Positions 34,715-46,450 of a stretch of 64,000 nucleotides of DNA are shown here, piece by piece. The translations under genes and the position numbers were made by a program. The stretch covers positions 44,330,001-44,394,000 of the forward strand of contig NC_043013.1 in the NCBI RefSeq assembly GCF_006345805.1, in the 5' to 3' direction. Under the pieces are notes generated by a model. It was not told the DNA's origin. It did not search any database and saw only the letters and a list, made by a program, of their open reading frames with translations. The stretch's first letter is position 1, and the number at the start of each line of letters is the position of its first letter. Source of the DNA: Octopus sinensis. Its lineage: Eukaryota.

Positions 34715-35008
34715 GGTACTACTTGAGAACAGTGGTCCCGGTGCGCGCAAGCTAGTCGTAACTAGTCGATCCTTACTTTGTGTTTTTGTGTGTTAATTAC
34801 TTTGTTTAATAAATTATTTACTTTGTGTTTTTGTGTTTTATTCACTTTGTTTAACAAAAATTATTTACTTTGCGTAAAAAGATTATTTATCTCGTGTTTT
34901 ACTTCCTTTGTTAGGTAGTCGTTGTAGGATCGACTGGTCACGACTAGCTAGCGCGGATGCGTGACTACGCGAGTGCGCGCACCGGGACCACTGTTCCCAA
35001 GTAGTAGA
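34715..35008. mobile_element. Merlin-like MITE, GGTAC family
   Basis: 9-bp TSD TTAAACAAG (34706-34714, 35009-35017). About 30-bp TIR ACTACTTGRGAACAGTGGTCCCGGTGCGCGCA, plus a second inner inverted repeat. Confidence 0.8.
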
Positions 35009-35419
35009 TTAAACAAGATCTCTATTATTTTTTCCTACTCAGAAAAGATGAAAGGCCAAGTTAGCATCGACTAGAATTGAACTCAAGAATATGAAGCATT
35101 GTAATTAAATACTGTAGGCATTTTTATCCCCCGTTCTTTCTCCTACGATGCTGACAATCCAGCGCTATATTTGTTTATGGTCTTACGTTTCTTGATGGCA
35201 ATTCCTGTGACCTCTGTCAGCCAGCAACAACCTGTCTTGGAGAAAGAAGTTAGCAGAAGAGGGAAGAGAAAACCTAGCAGAAGGAAACACAAGTAGAAAA
35301 CCCCCCTAAGGAATAACTCTCCACCCAACCACCCCACCTCTTGTCTCACATCCAGAAGAAGGAAAAAAAACAGTTATAAGTAGAATATAGATAAGATAAA
35401 ATAAAATAAAGACCAAAAA

Positions 35420-35530
35420 CTAGCGGGAGAGAGGAGGGGGTGGTTGTGGTGATTACGGTGGTGGTGGTGATGCAGGTCTTTGTCGTGATGGTAGTAGTCG
35501 CCTTGGTGATGGTAGTTGAAGTGATGATGG

Positions 35531-35574
<44 letters not shown>

Positions 35575-36160
35575 AGTAGTAGTAGTAATAGTAGTAATGG
35601 TGGCTGTGATGATATGTCTTGGATATATTTGCTGGTGGTTGTAGTAGTATTAATAGTAGTTGTAGTGGTGGAGGTGGTAATGGTAGTGGTGGTGGTGATG
35701 GTGGTGGCTATGAAAGGATGATGAAGTGTTTTACTTGGGTTTGCCACAGATGACGCTCCCCCTCCACCCACCCCGACACAACACTGCCGGTCACCTTCAC
35801 CCTGGAACTTGACCCTTTCAACAATATGATGTATTAGATTCTTGGAAGCCTGGAGTGTTTGAGTCCTGGATATTGTGGTAGCGGTGGTGGTGGTGGTGGT
35901 TGGGGTCGTGGTCGTTGCTGGTTAAGTAGAGATGTTGAAAGGTGGGTGGGTGGGTGGGTGTGTAAGGGAGGAGACTGTTCTGTCCTCCCTCTTCCTCTCC
36001 ACCCCACCACCCCGTCGCTACATTCCCTTTCCCACCCCTCTGATAGGAAGAGGTAAGGGTGTCTAAGTGGTCCTGAAAAGTTAGGAATTGGTTTGTTCAC
36101 CCGAAATGCATTGATGTAGAATGTATGTCATCTTGACATCGTGGCGGTGGCGATGAAAGC

Positions 36161-36193
<33 letters not shown>

Positions 36194-36250
36194 AGTGTTG
36201 GAAGATTGTGGTGATGACTTTGTCGGAAGATGGTGGTGGTGGTTTAGCTC
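35420..36250. repeat. Compound (GGT)/(GAT)/(AGT) microsatellite region
   Basis: Direct reading. Confidence 0.9.
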
Positions 36251-36714
36251 CAGGGTCAGCTAGCTCCCTTATGTAGCAAGAAACGTTTACATTACTTTCA
36301 TTCAAAATAAAGCCAATGAGCATATTCCACCCTGTAGTTTCCACTTCTGCAAAAAAAAAAGCTTAGGAGCTTCTACGCGGTCACTAGACTTGCAAGAAAT
36401 AGCAGGCAAATTCTCTCAAATCACGCCCTTCTGTCTTAACTCTTTAACATTTTAAACAGGCCAAATATTCTACTAACCAGAACCATTCTCTCGCACATGC
36501 CCTACAATGTCATTCTAAAAGTAAACAATAGGTGCAGGAGTAGCTGTGTAGTAAGTAGCTTGCTTACCAACCACAATGGTTCTGGGTTCAGTCCCACTGC
36601 GTGGCACCTTGGGCAAGTGTCTTCTACTATAGCCGCGGACCGATCAAAGCCTTGTGAGTGGATTTGATAGACGGAAAATGAAAGAAGCCTGTCGTATATA
36701 TGTATGTTTGTGTA

Positions 36715-37140
36715 GGATCTTTTCGGTTTGAACGGCAGTTTTTTCTAGCGGTGTCATATGAAATTGTCACCCATAATTATGACCCTAGTATCGATCTATT
36801 GCATTTCAATCTCTTTTAGGGTTAGGATTAGTTAGGGTTAGGGGTGGGGGGAAGGGTATCTTTTTTTCTTCACAAATGTAAATAAACCCAATCTGTTTCT
36901 TAAACGAGGGACATATTCATATGGCACAGAATGTCTTTTACCTCAATAGACGTCATTGATTGGTTGAAATTGCAGAAATTGAAGAAAAAAACAACAAATA
37001 TCTTACAAACTATAGAATTTTCTCAATAAAGCCAAGAGAAAAAGATGTTTTATAAACACATTCTTCCAGTATACGAAGTTTAAAATTTTTTAGTTACCTA
37101 GAAATTATGTTAAAAACTGCCGTTCAAACCGAAAAGATCC
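36715..37140. mobile_element. Merlin-like GGATC MITE, complete (426 bp)
   Basis: Perfect 29-bp TIR GGATCTTTTCGGTTTGAACGGCAGTTTTT and internal TTAGGG-type repeats. No TSD, and the adjoining SINE is truncated, suggesting a flanking deletion. Confidence 0.9.
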
Positions 37141-37436
37141 CTAAAATGTTTCATATGCTCTAGCTGAGCTGGTACAATAACTGCAAATCTACTTATCTAT
37201 AAAGCTTAAAATAAATGGATTTCCGTCACCCTTGACGAGGAGTATTCAGTTGTTGGAGCAATTGAACAGTAAACTTGTTGTCTGGCATAGCTGTGTGGTT
37301 AAGACGCTCGCTTTGCAACCTCGTAATTTCGGGTTCAGTACTACTGCGTTGCACATTCGGTATGTGTCTTTAACTATAGCCCTGGATCGACCAATACCTT
37401 GTGAATGAATTTGGTAGACTGACACTGTTGGAAGCT

Positions 37437-37487
<51 letters not shown>

Positions 37488-37658
37488 AAGAAATAAGGTA
37501 CTCAGAAATCCAGGTGGTTTTACATTTACAAATTTTTATCGAGATGTCACATGTTTTTATAAATCATATATTAGCGTTTGTATCTACTCTAGTAGAATCT
37601 CCTACTATATATATAATACCTGTACATCACCTCCAAACCTTCTAAGATATATATATAT

Positions 37659-37705
<47 letters not shown>

Positions 37706-37808
37706 TATATATATAAAGGGAAAGTTTACGAAAATAAACAAAAGACGAAGGCAGGTGGTGTACAAAACAAACAAATGTATTAGTATAGCGCTCAGGAATA
37801 GAAAAAGT

Positions 37809-37844
37809 CTTTTACGTTTCGAGCCTACGCTCTTCCACAGAAAG
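37809..37844 (-). ncRNA. Variant minimal hammerhead motif (core CUGUGGA)
   Basis: CTTT-CTGTGGA-A-GAGC-GTAG-GCTC-GAAA-CGTA-AAAG. Stems are intact; the core deviates at A6. Confidence 0.5.
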
Positions 37845-38367
37845 ATACACAGAAAAAAACAAGGAGAAAAAAAAAATGCGTGTAGTAGCTAACGATCTAT
37901 CATGGCGTCTGACTTCGGACAGAATGGTCAGACGCGAGAAGGACAGTAGGGAAGATAACAGGGTCAAGTGACTTCCAATACGAAGGAGACCCCAACACAA
38001 AGGTGCGTGTGTATAAGAGAGTATGTATGTGCGTGTGTGTATTCTATTATTTGTTTCAGTCATTTGACTGCGGCCATGCTGGGGCACTGACTTTAGTCGA
38101 ACAAATTGACCCCAGGACTTATTCTTTGTAAGCCTAGTACTTATTCTATCAGCCTCTTTTGCCAAACCACTAGTTACAGGGATGTAAACACACCAATGTC
38201 GGTTGTCAAGTGATGGTGGGAAGACAAACACACACATACATACACACACATATATATATATGACGAACTTCTTTCAGTTTCCGTCTACCAAATCCACTCA
38301 TAAGGCTTTGGTCGGTCTGAGGCTATTGTAGAAGACGCCTTCGTAAGATGCCACGCAGTACAAATGC

Positions 38368-38545
38368 ACGTTCCCACGGCTTTATCGATCGCATTCTCAC
38401 CTGGAATCGATTCATGTAATTTTTTCAAGACTTATACACGCCCTGGTACCGTCGGTATCTACATATCAAATTTGAGCACAATCGGATGAAGGATGCCCGA
38501 GATCCTACAAGACATACACACAGACAGACAGAACGGATTTTATAT
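38368..38545 (+). mobile_element. Helentron/HINE-like non-autonomous 3' fragment
   Basis: AAATTTGAGCACAATCGGATGAAGG...CATACACACAGACAGACAG...TTTTATATTATA layout, which I associate with DINE-1/HINE elements. Confidence 0.45.
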
Positions 38546-38823
38546 TATATTATATTATATATATGTATGTGTGTATATATAAATATATATATATACACAC
38601 ACATATATACGACGGGTTTCTTTCGGTTTCCGTCTACCAAATCCACTCACAAGGCTTTGGTTGGCCCGAGACTATAGTAGAAGACACTTACTTGCTCAAG
38701 GTGCCACGCAGTGGGACTGAACCCGGAACCATGTGGTTCGTAAGCAAGCTACTTACCACACAGCCTATTGGCATTTTTTTCTTCCTCTGTCTTCCTTTTT
38801 TCTTGGACTTTCTTCTGTTTCCT

Positions 38824-38858
38824 GTTTCAGAAGAAGAGCTTTGCTCAAAACGTAAAAC
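38824..38858 (+). ncRNA. Decayed minimal hammerhead motif
   Basis: GTTT-CAGAAGA-A-GAGC-TTT-GCTC-AAAA-CGTA-AAAC. Stems are intact; two core substitutions (U4A, G12A) make activity unlikely. Confidence 0.5.
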
Positions 38859-38967
38859 TAACTTTCTTTCCTTCCCTGGGCGTCTGTCAATACTTTGCAT
38901 GTAACACGCTCTCGTGTTGTTTTTTCGTTTTTTTATTATTAACTATATATATATATATATATATATA

Positions 38968-39297
38968 GGATCTTTTCTTTTTGAAAGAAAAGATCCCCAC
39001 TCATTAAGCAACTGTTTACCTACTTTTGCTCACTCCTGTATATGAAGTGTGTGTTTGCTCTCACTGCTTAACAACCGATGTTGGAGCGTTTACGTAACCA
39101 CAATATCGGCAAAAGGTATTCGATAGAATAAGTACGAGACTTAAAATAAGTATGAAGGATGATTTGATCGACCAAACCTTGTAAAATGGGAGCCCAGCAT
39201 GACCCTAATATGACGCATTCTACCAGTATACGAAGTTTCAAATTATTTAGTTAACTAGAAAAATCTGAAAAATTTAGCTTTCAAAAAGAAAAGATCC
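38968..39297. mobile_element. Rearranged Merlin-like GGATC element
   Basis: Three TIR ends: 38968 (GGATCTTTTCTTTTTGAAAG), 38996 and 39297. The flanks CCACTCAT and ATGAGTGG are reverse complements. Confidence 0.6.
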
Positions 39298-39327
39298 ATG
39301 AGTGGTTTAAGCATTCACTGAAATCAA

Positions 39328-39557
39328 GGCGAGCTGGCAGAAACGTCAGCATGCTGGGCGAAGTGCCTAGCGGTATTTCGTCTGCCGCTACGTTCTGAGT
39401 TCAAATTTCGCCGAGGTCGACTTTGCCTTTCATCCTTTCGGCGTCGATAAATTAAGTACCAGTTACGCACTGGGGTCGATATAATCGACTTAATCCGTCT
39501 GTCTGTCCTTGTTTGTCCCTTCTGTGTGTAGCCCCTTGTGGGCAGTAAAGAAATAAG
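39328..39557 (+). mobile_element. SINE family 2, single module
   Basis: Consensus match. Confidence 0.9.
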
Positions 39558-40349
39558 AAATCAAAACAGAAGGCTTCCAATGAACTAGACATCTCCCGCA
39601 GATCCCTAGACGACTTATGAATCGCGTAGGTTAAAATAATGAAAGAAATCTTAATGAAAAGAACATTCCAGTCGTATTAAGCAACTGTATGCCTACTTTT
39701 GCCCGGGCAAAAGTACTGACTTACACAGTTTCCTTCAACTCAATTCAATCACGAACCACTCATTGTAGTAGACACTAGCTCAAAATGCTAGCCAGTGGGA
39801 TTGAAACGGAAACCAGTTGGTTCCAGAACGAACTTCTTTATCACACGGCCATGTCTGCGCCTACATACATACGTGTGTGTGTGAGTGTGTGTATGTGTGT
39901 GTGGAGCATTTCATGCGTGTCCCTTAATCGAGTTTGAAATGTGCCATTCACCACTAAACCGTCTCGTCCTTGCTTTTGTCGAATCACGTCTGTAACCTTC
40001 TGCCGATAAAGAATTTAAAAAGTATATACGATCGTATATTGAGTTCTATTTCTCCCGTTTGCTCTATAAAACCTGGGTATGTGTATGTGTGTATGTTTGT
40101 ATGTGTGTGTGTTTCGTTTAATCGTATCCCCGTTGAGTTCCGAACCAAAGTGTAAACAGCCAGCCACCGGTGGAAGGCGTGAATTGAAGAGACAAGCCTT
40201 ACCTACTAACCGTCTGACCTCACCCTAATGAGAGCCCCTACTCCCATTTTCCCACTCGTCCTTATACACACGCACGCACACAACGCATACATACAAAGAA
40301 TCAGATCCACACGTACACGAAAACGCACTCACGTAGACACACACACACA

Positions 40350-40715
40350 CACATGCAAACATATACACGTGTACACTCACACATAGATGCATGCACGCAT
40401 ACTCTCTCTCTCTCTCTCCCTCACGCAGACACACTCACACATGCAAACATATACAAGTGTACACTCACACATAGATGCATGCACGCATGCTCTCTCTCAC
40501 GCAGTCACACTCACACATGCAAACATATACACGCGTACACTCACACACAGATGTATGCACACATCTCTGTCTCTCTCTCTCACGCAGACACACTCACACA
40601 TGCAAACATATACACGTGTACACTCACACATAGATGCATGCACGCATACTCTCTCCCTCTCTCTCGGATACACACATATATACGCAGTCACACACACACA
40701 CACACACACACACAT
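40350..40715. repeat. Higher-order tandem repeat (about 85-95 bp, about 4 units) built from CA/CT microsatellites
   Basis: CACACATGCAAACATATACACG...CACTCACACATAGATGCATGCACGCA recurs. Confidence 0.85.
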
Positions 40716-41129
40716 TCGCTTGTCGTCTGCTACTGGATGGAGTTGAATTGGTGTGAAAGGACCGTATGATGTATTGAAATGCTCGGCTAATGTATGGAGG
40801 TGGTTGGTAGCTGGGTAATAGTAAGATTGGGTTAGGGTTAGGGTGGAAGGTTTAGCTCGCTCGCAGGCTGGGTGCATACGGGTATGCGTGAGTACATGGG
40901 TGTTGAGTGATGGTGTAGTTGGAGGCTAGTTATTTTTTTTAGAGGACACGATGGGAGGTGAGGTGCTGTGAAGTGTGATTGAAACATGTGGTCCTCGATT
41001 TATTTCGTGCGTTTTAGGGAGGCTTAAGATGAGTGAAAGATTGAGTGGGAGTGAAAGTAATTGGATGAGTGCGTGTTGGGGTGGGGAGGTTGAGAAAGTA
41101 GTGAAGTTAGAGTCTGCTAAAAGAGAGCA

Positions 41130-42200
41130 AGAACTAGAGTGTGAGTGTTAGTATGAGTATGTGTGTATGTAAGAGAGTGTGTGTGAGTGTTTGTGTGAGA
41201 GTATTCGTATGAGAGTGTGTGTGAGTGTGTAAGAAAGTATGTATGTGAGAGTGTGCGTGTGTGTGTGTAAGAAAGTATGTATGTGAGAGTGTGCGTGTGT
41301 GTGTGTAAGAAAGACCTTTTGTGAGGGAGACCTTGAGTGTGAGAGAGACAGTGTATGTGTGAGAGAGTGCGTGTATGAGGGAGAGAGTATGTGTGTATGA
41401 GAAAGAGTGTGTAAGAAGGAGACCTTGTGTGTGAGAGTGTGTGTATGAGAAAGAATTATCTATGTGTGAGAGAGAGAGAGAGAGTAAGTGTGTGGAGAGA
41501 GTGAGAGAAAGACGGGGTGTGTATGTAAATGCATGAATGAGCAAGTAAGAGAAAGAGGGAGAGAATAAGGAACATTGAATAAAAAACGATAAGAAGGAAA
41601 GACAGAAAGAGAGAGAGAGAGAACAAGTAAAAGTAAAATTGAGAGGGAATGAGAAGAGAGAAAATAATGTGGGCGGTACTTGTTTGTATAGCATTGATAT
41701 GGTAGAAATAAAGGGAGAAAGAGTAAGAGTAAAGGTTGGTGTGGAGACATATGGGCGGAAATGGTGGTGGAGGAGGCGGTAAAAGTTATGGTCGAAGGAA
41801 GGGTGGTGGTGATGTATAGTAATAACGTGGGTGATAGTGGTGGTGAGAGGAAGGACGAGGGTGATGGAAGTGATGATGGTGATGGTGGTGGATGTAGTTA
41901 TGGCCATGATGATGATGATGATGCTGGCGATTGAGGTGGTGTGCTGTTGCTGATGTTAACGACGGTGGTGTATAGGAATGGTGGTGGTGGTTGATATAAG
42001 AGTTTGTGGTCGTGGTGGCTATGTGTCTTATAGTGATGGTAGTGGTGGTGGTGGTGGTGGTGGTGATGAAGTCGTCGACGGCGTTGGAGGCATGGCGATT
42101 GTTGTAGAGAGGTGGTTATCGTTAACGGTGACGGTGTCGGTGGTTGTTAAAAGGATACCAATAAATCCAATCCAGTGTCATTCCGGTGGTTAAAAGAAGC
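41130..42200. repeat. Low-complexity GT/GA/GGT tract
   Basis: Direct reading. Source of the 257-aa H/T/L/S ORF. Confidence 0.9.
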
Positions 42201-42514
42201 TGACAATGAATGTTAATAAAGGAGCTGAGGCAGGGGCCTAAAGGATTCTCACGTGGATTTCAGTCTTGAGAATATCACGTCCCTCACACATCTATGTGCG
42301 CAGTGCATGTGTGTATATGTAAATAGGAAATAGTTTTTTTTTCTCTTTCAAACGTGTTATATGACACAGCTCTGTTCGAATTAATATTTATTTTCATTAA
42401 AGATCTTTCATATAGCCTTCCCTCATGATTCTGTTTAGTTTGAAACGTCATCATTATCGTCGCCGTCATCATCATCATCATCCCCATCACCACCACCATC
42501 ATCATCAACAACAA

Positions 42515-42880
42515 GTGGAGGCGCAATGGCCCAGTGGTTAGGGCAGCGGACTCGCGGTTTCGTTCCCAGACCGGGCGTTGCGTGTGTTTATTGAGCGAAA
42601 ACACCTAAAGCTCCACGAGGTTCCGGCAGGGTGTGGTGGTGACCCCTGTTGTACTCTTTCGCTCCAACTTTCTCTCACTCTTTCTTCTTGTTTCTTGTTC
42701 CCGACTTCCTACGTAAACTGCTGAGCCTGGATGCGCATTCATCCATCCGTCGATGCTCTCGGTGTCGGGGTTGACCTGCTTTCTCTCTTCTGCGGGTCTT
42801 ACGAATAGCAAAGGACCACGTTTCGGACTTCTCCCATCTTGCGAGCTCTGGGACGAGGACCGTTCGCTCAACATCAACAT
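42515..42880 (+). mobile_element. SINE family 3 head fused to an unclassified GC-rich 3' segment
   Basis: Family-3 head to about 42690, then sequence unlike the other family-3 tails. Confidence 0.7.
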
Positions 42881-43319
42881 CATCATCATCAACAACGTCC
42901 GTTTTCTATACTGGCAATGTGTTTGACAGGAGCTGACGAGCTAGAGGATTGCATCAAGATGTAATATCTGCTTTAGGATTACTTCTATGGCAGAATACCC
43001 TTCCTAACGCTAACCACTCTACTCAATGTTGCACTGGTTGTTTTGCATGACAGCTACACCAGTGAAGCCACCACGTAATTCACAAGACAAAACCCCCTCA
43101 ATTGAAGGGGTGTGATATTGAGGGAAGTGGTTTTAGCATTCTTAAACCTTTTGGTTCATTAATGGATTCAAGAGTTTTTCTCCCTAATCATCAGAATGAA
43201 ATTGTGGGTTAGTTATTATGTCATTAGGGATTAAGTTGAAGGCTTTGTTCACAGACAAAAGGGATCACACAATAAATAATGTTATTTCAGATAATAATTT
43301 ACATATATATATAAAGTAT

Positions 43320-43700
43320 ACTCTTTTACTTGTTTCAGTCATTTGACTGTGACCATGCTGGAGCACCGCCTTTTAGTCCTGCAAATCGACCCTGGGACTT
43401 ATTCTTTGTAAGCCTAGTACTTATTCTATTGGTCCCTTTTTGCCGAACTGCTAAGTTACAGGGATGTAAACACACCAGCATCGTTGTCAAGCGATGCTGG
43501 GGGGACAAACACAAAGACACATAGATATATATATATACATATGTACGACGGGCTTCTTTCAGTTCCGTCTACCAAATCCACTCACAAGGCTTTGGTTGGC
43601 CCGAGGCCTTAGAAGACACTTGCCCAAGGTGCCACGCAGTGGGATTGAACCCGGAACCATGTGGTTCATAATCAAGCTACTTACCACACCGCCACTCCTA
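43320..43700 (-). mobile_element. SINE family 1
   Basis: Consensus match. Confidence 0.9.
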
Positions 43701-45793
43701 CATTTTGAGAAACATTTCAGCAAGCTTGTTTGTAATATTAAAAGCTCTACGATATATAAGAAAAAGAGAAGATAGCTAACTGACAGCATTGTTGGCACAC
43801 CAGACAAAATACTTGGTGATATTTCACCTGTCTTTACGTTCTGAATTCAAATTCTGTTGAGGCTAACTTTACCTTTCATCCTTTTGGGGGTCGTCAAAAA
43901 AGATGTACCAGTTGAACACTGTAGTTAATGTAATCGACTTACCCCTCCCCTAAAATTGTTGGCTTATGCCAAAATTTGAAACCAGTACGTAAGATAAAGA
44001 GACTTGCTACAAAATGACTAATAAATGTGTGTTGTTTGTGCACTTTACCATAGGCCGCCTAGATTCATAAGAATACTGTGGTGACTGATAAAATAATCAA
44101 CTCCAAATTTTAAAATTACAATTGCTAAGTCTCGTCAGACTTTTTGTTTTATGATGTGTGTAGATTATTAGTTTGTATTTTTCTATCAATTAAAACATCT
44201 ATAATCTTTTTGTTTTCTTTTTTGTAGAATTCTATATAAAACTGGGTTGTGACCAGTCACTATGCTGCCAGTAAAAATATTTGTTATTGACAAACTTGCA
44301 CATAAAATTCTCCATGTTTTTAGTCAAAACTTGTTAGTTGCTATGGTGACAACACTACCTATCTATTTATCTTTCATGCACACTCTCACCATATTTCTCT
44401 CTCAAAAACAACAACTTTCTCTCCTCACCTTCCATTTTCATAAATATACATTCTGACAGGGGTTATCCCTTTTATTCATCCTCTTCTTTCCTGCTTCTAC
44501 GTATACGTTATGACAGACAGACAGGCAGACCCCATGCTGATGCCATGTAAAAAGCACCCATGCTGGTGCCACATATAAAGCACTGGTGTTGGTGCTACAT
44601 TAAAAACAGTCACCCAGTACACTCTGTGAAGTGGTTGACATTAGGAAGGGCATCCAGTCATAGAAACCCTCCCAAAACAGACTATTGGAACCTGGTGCAG
44701 CTCTCCACCTTGCTAGCTCCTGTCAAACCATCTGTGGTTTGCTAGTTTTAATTTTATGTTGATGAGACAGTTTTGTATTCTGGTGGTTTTGTAACAAAGT
44801 CTAACGAGAAGTTTGTGAGTTTGTGGATACAGGTGTTCCTTTTTTTTTTCTTTTTTTTTTAGTTAGTTTTTAATGGCATATTCAACATTTCTGTAACTAG
44901 AGTTTGTCTGGTTCTTGCAGTCTATGATATGTATTGTTTGTGTGTATGTCTAGTGGGTGGTGCACCTGTTGTATCTGTGTGGGTGAGATTGTTTTTGTAT
45001 TATTCTATGGTCTTATTTATAAGGTTGGATACCTGTTTTATGAACCACATGGTTCCAGGTTCAGTCTCACTGCGTGGCATTTTGGGCAAGTGTCCTCTAT
45101 TATAGCCTCAGGCTGACCAAAGCCTTGTGAGTGGATTTGGTAGACGGAAACTGAAAGAAGCCCATCGTATATATATATATGTATGTATGTGTGTGTGTAT
45201 ATGTTTGTGTGTCTGTGTTTGTCCCCCAACATCGCTTGACAACCGATGCTGGTGTGTTGATGTACCCATAACCTAGCGGTTCAGCAAAAAAAGACCGATA
45301 GAATAAGTACTAGGCTTACAAAGAATAAGTCCTAGGGTCGTAAAGGCGGTGCTCCAGCATGGCTACAGTCAATTTCATCCTCATCATCAGGATGAAATGA
45401 TAATGGTGATACATTGTTGACACATTTTCTGGTAAGCAACAAGAGGAACAGTGTTGTTTAACCCTTTAGCATTTAAACTGAGTACATCTGGTCCAAATAT
45501 TCTACCTATTTGAATTTCAAATGGGCAGTTCCAGACTTTCACACTTATCTCCAATGTCATTCTAAGTATAAACAATCACATCTTCGAAATCTCAAAGCTA
45601 CAAGATAATACAAGATTAATTTTATATAAGTGTGAATAGTTGTGGCTGTGGGGTAAGAAGCTTGCTTCCTAACCATATGGTTCTGGGTTCAGTACCACTG
45701 TATGGCAACTTGGGCAAGTGTCTTCTACTATAGCCTTAGGCTGATCAAATCCTTGTGAGTGGATCTGGTTGACAGAAACTGAAAGAAGCCCTT

Positions 45794-45876
<83 letters not shown>

Positions 45877-45894
45877 AATATATATATATATAAT

Positions 45895-45937
<43 letters not shown>

Positions 45938-45969
45938 TATGCATATATACATACATATATGTACATACC

Positions 45970-46450
45970 TACATATATATGTATATATACATGCATATAT
46001 GGGTACAGGGCATCAAAAAAACTTTGAACACAATGAGAAATGAAAACATAAAAACAAAAACATAGAAAACGAACTTTTTTTTCGAACAAAAAACAAACAG
46101 AGAAACGAGACGTACAACATAAAGAATATTCCCCTTCATCAGTTGTCCCTGTTTCATCTACTCTGCGGTGCGAAGGCAAGGACAAGATGCAACTTCATTG
46201 AAACAGTCTTTCTCGCAAAGCAAATGAAATAAAATTTGGGATTTTTTGTGGAGGGTGAAATTGGTAACAAGAACAGAACAGTGAAAACAAGACAGTAAAA
46301 ACAAACGGTGAGGGCTGTTAAGCCAAGACGATAGAAAAATTATTATGAACGGTAGGAAGACGAGCTTATGAGAGGAGACAAGTATAAGCATGTGTTGTCT
46401 TTAGCAAGGAATTGGGCAGAAAGATAGATTCCCTTTCGTCATGTGTCAGC
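45970..46450 (-). mobile_element. Probable Penelope-like element 3' remnant next to (TA)n
   Basis: T-rich tail abutting a long (TA)n, as at 374-590 and 37715, with CTGATGAAGGGG on the minus strand. No intact ORF. Confidence 0.4.

Noticed and set aside
40830-40846. TTAGGG repeats as a telomere or chromosome fusion site
   Set aside because: Only 2-3 units per site, and almost all lie inside MITEs.
42795-42850. Hammerhead-like GGA-GAAG-TCC-GAAAC-GTG-GTC on the minus strand
   Set aside because: The core reads CGCAAGA (two invariant positions changed) and stem I does not pair.
46110-46190. CTGATGAAGGGG on the minus strand
   Set aside because: No GAAA follows a closable stem II.
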